From Chiloscyllium plagiosum (taxonomy: Eukaryota): a stretch of 46,685 nucleotides of DNA. The notes under the pieces are model-generated. The model had not been told where the DNA came from. It was given only the letters and a program-made list of their open reading frames with translations, and made no database searches. The first letter of the stretch is position 1, and every line of letters begins with the position of its first letter. Shown here in pieces: positions 38,196 through 46,685 of this stretch. The position numbers and the translations under genes were made by a program. The stretch covers positions 58,787,869 through 58,834,553 of the forward strand of contig NC_057719.1 of NCBI RefSeq assembly GCF_004010195.1, read 5' to 3'.

Positions 38196-38544
38196 TTATA
38201 CATAGACCTCTGACATCAATGTCTGGTAGCTGCTTCTAGAAGTAGTGTGGTGGAGGTGGTTACCCCTATTGATGCTGTAATGCATGGACTTATCTGCGAA
38301 AGGTAGATCGGTGAGGTTTCGGAAAGTATGTCTTGCTGATTCCATAACTATCTCCTGCAGATCCAATCTAGTGGCTGTTTCTCTCAGAACTTGACCAGTT
38401 TGTTCCATAGTTGTACTATAGACTTACTGTTGGTGATGGATATTGAAGGCTCTTTCCAAACTAATTCTGTAGCCCTGCCATATTCTGTGGTTCTTCCAAG
38501 TGGTGCTGAACATGGAAGAGAACTGATTCATCAGCTGAGATGAT

Positions 38545-38750
38545 AAGACCATAACATCATCAGAAATATGAACAGGAGTAAGTCATTTGGCCCCTCGAGC
38601 CAGCTCTGTCATTCAATACGATCACGGATGATCCAACATTCCTCGTGTAAGCTGTGATTCCCCTACTCATCAAGGATCTATGTATCTCAGCCTTAAATCT
38701 ATACAAGGACTCTGTCCCTTCAGCTCTCTTTGGCAAAGAGTTCCAAAGAC
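38545..38750 (-). mobile_element. CR1 3' fragment nested in LINE
   Basis: ACAGGAGTAAGTCATTTGGCCCCTCGAGCC...CAGCCTTAAAT...GGCAAAGAGTTCCAAAGA, reverse-complement-similar to 5980-6198. Confidence 0.75.
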
Positions 38751-38994
38751 CGGAGGGGGGATAGTCAGCAGGAGGTTTCCTGGCTTATTTGTGTCCTAAT
38801 ACCATGAGACATCATAGGGTCCAGAATTAATGTTAACATCTCCCAGAAGAATTTCTTCCTGACAGTATATACCTATGGTGCAACCTCTGCTGGACCAGAC
38901 CTACTGGTGGGTGAGGACACACCCAAGGATGGTAAATGTATTGTCTGTGAGGCGGTTGCTTGACTACTCTTTGAGAAAACTCTCAAAGTTTTGC

Positions 38995-39522
38995 ACAAGC
39001 ATTCAGAAGTACTGCAGTATTGCATGCAGTTCTGGTCACTGCATTATAGGAAAGATGTGGAAGCTTTGGAAAGGGTTCAGAGGAGATTTACTAGGATGTT
39101 GCCTGGTTTGGAAGGAAGGTCTTATGAGGAAAGGCTGAGGGAATTGAGGCTGTTTTTGTTGGAGAGAAGAAGGTTCAGAGGTGACTTAATCAAGGCGTAT
39201 AAGATAATCAGAGGGTTAGATCAGATGGACAGTGAGACCTTTTTTCCTCGGATGGTGAACACTGACAGGAGGGGACATAGCTTTAAATTGAGGTGTGATA
39301 GATTTAGGATGGATATCAGGGGTAGTTTCTTTACTCAGAGAGTAGTTGGGGTGTGAAAGGTCCTGCCTGCAACAGTAGTAGACTTGCCGATGTTAAGGGC
39401 ATTTAAATGGGCGTTGGACATACATATGGATAATAATGGATCAGATTAATTTCGCTGGTCGGTGCAACATCAAGGGCCGAAGGACCTGTACTGCACTGGA
39501 ACAATCTATGTTCTATGTTCTA
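38995..39522 (+). mobile_element. CR1 3' fragment
   Basis: ORF 38991-39356 LQYCMQFWSLHYRKDVEALERVQRRFTRMLPGL...RGDLIKAYKI. Tail CTATGTTCTATGTTCTA. Confidence 0.92.
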
Positions 39523-39599
39523 AGTTTGTAAAGGTGGACTTTGCAGGGGAGATAGGGCTATGTTTGCTGTTGTCAGTTGTGGTGCCCAAATTGAAAAAG

Positions 39600-42500
39600 A
39601 GTAACTGAAGCCTGACTTCTGTACTTTTGTATTTAGTTGCCCTCACAAGAAATGATAACATTCTATTAGCTTTCCCAATTACTTGTTGTGCCTGCATACA
39701 AAGCTTTTCCAAATTGGGCACCAAGATCCCTCTGAAGCTCAGAGTTCTACAGTCAACCATTCAGAAAATATTCTCACTTTTTGTTTTCCTTGGCAACGTG
39801 GAAATGTATTTTCTCACATTATACTCCATTTGCCAGATCCATGGCTACTCTCTTAATCAATCTGTATCCCATTGGTAGCTTCCTTATATCTTCTTCACAA
39901 CTTACTTTCTTTTGCCTATCTTTGAGTAAATTTAACAATGATACCTTGGCTTCTTCATCCAAGCCATGTATACAAATTATAAAATTTGGGGCCCTAGCAC
40001 CGATCTCCCTGTTGCAGCACTTGTTATATCCTGCCAACACATGTTTGTCTACCCTCTGTTTCCTGTTAGCTACCTAATATTATAGGACTCCCAATATGTT
40101 ACCATCATTCCATGATGTTTAGTTTTCTTTGATATGACACTTTATCAATGACTTTCGGAAATCTTAATATATTCACTGGTTTTCTTTTATTCACAGCCAT
40201 GTTATTTCTCCAAAGACCTCTAATAAGTTGGCTAAATGTGATTTTACATTCACTAGACCACGTTGACTCTGCCTGATTATCTTGAATTTGCAGTGGCCTG
40301 TAATGAAGATTTTATATAATGAGTTTCAGGCACCCTCCCTATGGCTGATATTAAGCTGACTGGTCTGCAATTCATGGTTTCTGTCTCACTCATTTTTTGA
40401 GTGAAAAAGTTGCATTTGCTATTTGTTAAACCATTGGAATTTTCCCTGAATCCAGGGAATTTTTCAAAAAAGTAATATTTACTCAATTTCCATCGCACTT
40501 GTCAGTTTGTTAAAGATTGCTGGATGCAAGCCTTCTGACCCCAGCTACAAAAACTTGCTGAGTACCATTTCCTTGGTGATTATACGTTTCTTCACTTCCT
40601 CTTCCCCACAATTTCCTGGTGTATAGCTTTTTCTGGGCTGTTAACATGTATATCCTATGAAGAAGTCTGATGTAAAATATGTGTTCAATTCATTTTCCAC
40701 CTTCTTATTTTTCCTTATTAATTCCCCAGACTAACCTTCGTATAGAACCAATTCTCACTTTATGAATTCCCCTTTTTCTGGAAACTTTTGAAAATTTTAA
40801 TTTAAAATTGGAGAATTCAGGAGGTTTCTCATGAAATTAACCAAATAGTTACTTATGAAATATTAGATAATTAAATACAGACCTTTTCTTAAATACAGAC
40901 CCCACCCCACCCTTAAATAATCTCTCTTCTTGTAAACAAAAGGGTGACAGAGTGTCAATCTGAGTGAGATTGCTACTCTTTAGAAAATTCAGCCAAATAA
41001 ATTAGTCACTCTTTACTATGTTTTGATTGCCAACCTATCATTGTACAATTACATATATATTTTTCTTCTTGACATTCGGCACTATCTTTTTTTTAAATAA
41101 ACAAATGATGCCATTGGCACCCCTTAGAATTTTTCTTTCTCTTTGGAATATTTCAATTTATGCAGCATATTCTGAACTATCTCCTTGAATTTCTACCACT
41201 GCGTCTAGATTGAACTGATCCTTCACCGAATTCACCAATTCACACTGCTACTCTACTTTTATTCCCTCATAATGACCATAACGTATGCATGCACCTTGAG
41301 GGAGAGAAGCATGAGTTCAAAAATAATATTCCATGTTTAAGTTACCATAATATTCAATCATATTATGGATGTGCTTACTTGGGAAGCCTCCATGATAAGT
41401 TTATTCAGTCCTCCCATCTCATTGAAGAATATCATTGGCCCTCTGGTTGGACCAGATCATGCTGTAAGAAACAATCATAAAAATAGCATCTGAACTCCTC
41501 ATCCAGGCTACCTTTGTCCATCTAATATTTCCAGACTATATGCAGATCAAAATTTCCCAGGATTATCACCATATCTTTCTGACAAACCACCATTAATTCT
41601 TCCTTTATACCCCATCCTACCATTTGGTTACTATTAGGGTGCTGGTGGAACACTGCCACTAATGACTTCTTGCCTTTATTTTCTCTTATCCCTAGCCAAA
41701 TTACTTCTATATTTTAGTTTCCTGAAAGTCATCCTTCTCTTTTGTGGTAACATGTGCCACCCCTCCGGCTTTTACAAGTGTCTGGTCCTTCATAATTGTC
41801 ACGTCCTCTTCAATATTTACATCTTCATCTATGTCATTCTGCAGCAATGTTCTGTACTGGTTATCAGATCATACTTACTTCTGTTTTTGCTATAAGTTCT
41901 TTTGTTTTGGTTTTGATTGCTATGTAGTATTCTGATCCAGTCTTTAGTTTTATTCTTTTACTGTTTTTGCAACCTCTGGTCTTATCTGTTGATTTAGAAT
42001 GAAATATGTTCAGTACTCTGTACCTCTTCCTGCCATTGTCTGCTTTTGATTTCCTGTATCAACACCTTTCTCTCTTGCCTTACGTCACTCTTCGATGTAC
42101 CATATCTTTCCAAAGTTGATCCCTTGTTCACACTATTTAGTTTAAAGCCATCCCTATTTCCCTAGTTAAATTATGGCTCACTAGGATACATCCCATCATG
42201 ATTCACATGTAAACTATGTGAATGGTATAGACCCTTTTCCGCAGTGAGACATGAACCAGAAGCCCCTTCAAAGATGCCAATCTTTGAGCCAAACATTCAT
42301 TTCTCTGTTATTATTTGCCATGTGCCAATTTGAACGTGTACTTTGAGGGTCTTTTTAATTTTGTGTCTAGCTCATCATACTGACGATGTAGAATCTCTTT
42401 CCTGACCTGCCTATGTCATTGGGCTTATATGGGCAATGTTGACTGGATCCTCCTCCTTCCACTGTAACTTTCTTTGCAGCCCTGAGTAGATGTTCCAAAC

Positions 42501-42950
42501 TGTGGCATCGGGCAGACATCTAAGCCTTCTAGACCCTTTCACATTGTGACAGGGAACAGTGTCTATTCCCCATCACTGTAATCCCACCTTGAGCAATGGA
42601 AACCTGAAGTCCTGTTCTTTACTTCCTCCTTCATCACTTAAATCCCATATGAGAACCATGTTGTGCAGAACATAGCAGTTCATCAGAAATTTGAAGCCAT
42701 TCTTTGGCGAGTATTGCTGGACATTGCGCACATGCCCCCTGCCCCCCAAAAAAAGAAAGCCTTTGTTTTGGTGGGAATGTGGCTCTCAATGAGCATGTGT
42801 GGTTGCCTGGTGGATGGGTGTTATAAGCTTAGGTAGAGCAGATAGCAGCAGCAACTGAATGACATCTCTGGTTTGTTGTCGTGTGTCAGACATGGTGGAA
42901 ATGATTGACTGTGCAGAATAAACGTATCCTAGCTACTTCCAGAATAGCAG
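39600..42950 (-). mobile_element. Old, highly degraded long CR1 (ORF1 to RT)
   Basis: Minus ORFs contain VIGKANRMLSF, FIICIHGLDEE and NCRPVSLISAIGRV. ORF1-esterase-like remnants at ~42200-42570. Confidence 0.7.
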
Positions 42951-43699
42951 GCATTCACTAAGGTAATGACAGAACCTTATGCCCTATCCCATGGTGTATT
43001 TGATTATCAGGGCACTTAATCAGGTGGGATCGTGGTGGATGGGGATCTTGTTGCCTTCCTACCTCCAGTCTGATTTAAGTTTGTTGATGAGAAAGGTCAT
43101 GAGTAGCTTTCCCACTTTGCTGCCAATTGAGCCATAAGTAGTTAATTGATGGCCATTTGAATAGCCTCATCCGTTGTCCACTGCTGGTTTTAGCAGCAGC
43201 TGTTGGGAATGGGGTTTGCCATGTGGCACGTATGACAAAGTGCAGCTTGTGTGCATGAGTTATTCAAAGGCTTGATCAAGAGATCTTGGAAGGAAGACCT
43301 CACAAAGAATCACCGCACTGTCCTTTCTGCTGATTTTGCATCTTCCATTACAACCCCTCTTGGACCACCCCTATTCTGCAGACTGCCTTCTGCGTTCAGT
43401 TGGTTGTGACCTGATTTCGGGACCTGGAAATTGCTAAGCCAGCACTTACTCCCCGGAGACCCTGCCGTTCAGATGACCTGTTGGCCTCCAATTTGCAGGA
43501 AAATCTTGGTTGATGGGATTTCCATTGCTGGAATCTCGATGCAGAGGAAAGGCCCGCCACTGTCGTGTCAATTTCCTAAATGACACATAATATCTAATAT
43601 CCTGGAAAGATAGGACATGAGGCTTACATTTATTCTCAAAGTAAGTTATACAAAATGAAGATAATCTTAATCAGTTATTTCATTGCTGTTCATGGAGGA

Positions 43700-44520
43700 A
43701 TACCACATTATCAGAAGGATGTGGAGGCTTTGGAGAGGGAACAGGAATGATTTATCAGAATGTTGCCTGGTTTGGAAGGTGATAGCTATAAGGAAAGATT
43801 GGACAAACTTTACTTTTTTTCACTTGAACATCATAAGATGAGGGGTGATCCAGTAGAAGTTTACAAAATTATGAGAGGCATGGATAGAATGGACAGTTGG
43901 AGTCTTTTTCCCACGTTATAAATGTCAATTACTAGGGGATAAAGCTTTAAGGTAAAAGGGAGTAAGATTTCATAGAATCCCTGCAGTATGGAAACATACT
44001 ATTTAGCCCAACAAGTCCATACTGACCCTCTGAAGAATATTCCCCCCCCCCTCCCCTTTCCTATTACTCTACATTTACCACTGATTCATGCACCTAACCT
44101 ACACATCCTTGAACACTATGGTCAATTTAGCATGGCTAATTCATCTAACCTGCACATCTTTGGACTGTGGGAGGAAACCAGAGGGAACCCACGCAGACGT
44201 GGGGAGAATGTGCAATCTCCACACAGACAGTCGCCCAAGGCTGGGATTGAACCCATGTCCCTGGTGCTCAGTTAACCACTCAGCCACTATTAGGTGTGAG
44301 AGGCAAGCTTTTGCGTAAAGTAGTAAGTGCCTGGAATGTGTTAGCAAAAGAGGTGGTGGAATCTGATACCAGAACAATGTTTAAGAGGCATCTTGACAGA
44401 AATGTGCATAGGCAGGAAACAGACTGCGTAGAGGCAAAAATATTTTTAGCTTAGAAAGGCATCATGTGTTGGCGTGGTCTTGATGAGCTGAAGGACCTGT
44501 TACTGTTCTTCGTTCTTTGC
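43700..44520 (+). mobile_element. CR1 3' fragment interrupted by a SINE
   Basis: KDVEALERE..MLPGLEGDSYKERLDKL..YKIMRGMDR. Resumes after 44290 with a 3' UTR containing GCTGAAGGACCTGTT. Confidence 0.82.
43971..44290 (-). mobile_element. tRNA-derived SINE (HE1/V-SINE-like)
   Basis: Minus-strand B box GGTTCAATCCC, central block and tail homologous to 14753-15093. Confidence 0.87.
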
Positions 44521-44594
44521 CCTTTTGAAGTTTGTTATATGCAAATTGATTAGATTTAGATTTTAGATTTTATTGTCACGTGAACTCAAGTATG

Positions 44595-46685
44595 GAAGTA
44601 CAGAAGTACAGGGGTACAGGAGTACAGGAGTAAAGGAGTACAGGGGTACAGGAGTACAGTGAGTACAGTGAGTACAGGAGTACAGAAGTACAGGGGTACA
44701 GGAGTACTCCTGTACAGGAATACAGGAGTACAGGAGTACAGGAGTACAGGAGTACAGGAGTGCAGAAATACAAGGGTACAGGAGTACAGGGGTACAGGGG
44801 TACAGGGGTACAGGAGTACAGAAGTGCAGGAGTACAGAAGTATAGAAGTGCAGGAGTATAGAAGTGCAGGAGTACAGGGGTACAGGAGTACAGGGGTACA
44901 GGAGTACAGGGATACAGGGGTACAGGAGTACAGGGGTACAGAAGTAGAGGAATACAGGAGTACAGGAGTACAGGAGTACAGGAGTATAAAAGTACAGGGG
45001 TACAAGAGTACAGAAGTACAGAAGTACAGGGGTACAGGAGTACATGGGTACAGGAGTACAGGAGTACAGAAGTACAGTGAGTACAGAAGTACAGTGAGTA
45101 CAGGAGTACAGTGAGTACAGAAGTACAGGGGTACAGGAGTACAGGGGTACAGAAGTACAGGAGTACAGGAGTACAGGGGTACAGGAGTACACGGGTACAG
45201 GAGTATAAAAGTACAGGGGTACAGGAGTACAGGAGTACAGAAGTACAGGAGTACAGACGTACAGGAGTACAGACGTACAGGAGTACAGGAGTACAGGGGT
45301 ACAGTGAGTACAGGGGTACAGTGAGTACAGGAGTACAGGAATACAGGAGTACATGGGTACAGGAGTACAGGAGTACAAAAGTACAGGAGTACAGGAGTAC
45401 AGGAGTACAGGAGTACAAATGTACAGGAGTACAGGAGTACAAATGTACAGGAGTACAGGAGTACAAAAGTACAGGAGTACAGAGGTACAGGAGTACAGAA
45501 GTACAGGAGTACAGGGGTACAGAAGTACAGGAGTACAGGAGTATGGGAGTACAGACGTACAGGAGTACAGAGGTACAGTGAGTATAGTGAGTACAGTGAG
45601 TACAGGAGTACAGGAGTACAGGGGTACAGGAGTACGGGAGTACAGGAATACAGGAATACATGAGTACAGGAGTACAGAAGTACAGGAGTACAGAAGTACA
45701 GAAGTACAGGAGTACAGGGGTACAGGGGTACAGAAGTACAGGAGTACAGAAGTACAGGAGTACAGAAGTACAGTGAGTACAATGAGTACAGGAGTACAGG
45801 GGTACAGGAGTACGGGAGTACAGGAATACAGGAATACATGAGTACAGGAGTACAGGAGTACAGAAGTACAGGGGTACAGGAGTACAGACGTACAGGAGTA
45901 CAGGAGTACAAAAGTACAGGGGTACAGGAGTATAGAAGTACAGGAGTACAGGAGTACAGGGGTACAAAAGTACAGGAGTACAGGAGTACAGAAGTACAGG
46001 AGTACAGGAGTACAGGAGTACAGGAGTACAGTAGTACAGGGGTACAGGAGTACAGGAGTACAGGAGTACAGTAGTACAGGGGTACAGGAGTACAGGAGTA
46101 CAGGGGTACCGAAGTACAGGAGTACAGGAGTTCAGGAGTACAGGGGTACAGAAGTACAGGAGTACAGGAGTACAGGGGTACAGGGGTACAGGAGTACAGA
46201 AGTACATGGGTACAGGAGTACAGACATACAGGAGTACAGGAGTACAGGAGTACAGGAGTACTGGAGTACAGGAGTACAGGAGTGCAGGGGTACAGGAGTA
46301 CAGAAGTACAAGGGTACAGGAGTACAGACGTACAGGAGTACAGGAGTACAGAAGTACAGTGAGTACAGGAGTACAATGAGTATAGGAGTACAGTGAGTAC
46401 AGGAGTACAGGGGTACAGGAGTACAGGAGTACAGGGGTACAGGCGTACAGGAGTACAGACATACAGGGGTACAGGAGTACAGGGGTACAGGAGTACAGAA
46501 GTACAGGAGTACAGTGAGTACAGGAGTACAGGGGTACAGGAGTACAGAAGTACATGAGTACAGGAGTACAGAATTACAGGAGTACAGGAGTACAAAAGTA
46601 CTGGGGTACAGAAGTACAGGAGTACAGGAGTACAGGAGTACAGAAATACAGGAGTATAGGGGTACAGAAGTACAGGAGTACAGAA
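44595..46685. repeat. Tandem array of 8-bp unit GGAGTACA (variants GAAGTACA, GGGGTACA, 9-bp GTGAGTACA), ~260 units, continues past window end
   Basis: Directly visible periodicity with a near-invariant GTACA core. Confidence 0.98.

Larger units (their letters stand above)
37520..38945 (-). mobile_element. Degraded LINE endonuclease region (probably same group as 12250-13210)
   Basis: Minus-strand TI.G.VLTH..SRG-like APE segment near 38880-38935 and GQVLRETATRLDLQEIV (ORF 38196-38408). Interrupted by CR1 fragments. Confidence 0.6.

Noticed and set aside
44563..46595. Long ORFs (271-669 aa, YSCTPVLL repeats) on the minus strand and shorter ones on plus
   Set aside because: The TGTACTCC unit has no stop in any frame, and overlapping frames give the same peptide. 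Artefact of the satellite.
44595..46685. CRISPR-like or telomeric array
   Set aside because: No unique spacers, no cas genes, eukaryotic context, and the unit is not TTAGGG.

Overview
Eukaryotic, repeat-dense vertebrate DNA. The repeat repertoire (CR1 LINEs, HE1/V-type tRNA SINEs, Harbinger remnants) suggests a cartilaginous fish, probably a shark (inference). The only convincing host coding sequence is one ~1 kb + strand exon (20330-21340, TTC6-like by recall). The rest is layered transposon debris: nested CR1 LINEs, SINEs, a Gmr1-type Gypsy LTR element with integrase upstream of RT (8404-11570), Harbinger remnants, and a >2 kb 8-bp (GGAGTACA)n satellite running off the right edge. The most notable signal is six short (85-215 bp) non-coding insertions from two sequence families. 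Each carries a minimal hammerhead-ribozyme motif (CTGANGA-stem II-GAAA-palindromic stem III; GAAA decayed in two copies). Four have 13-15 bp target-site duplications and four show an inverted arm plus a 32-36 nt unpaired tail. This is the architecture of Penelope-like retroelement pseudo-LTRs moving as tiny ribozyme-bearing units. Repeat boundaries were read by eye and are approximate unless a TSD is given.
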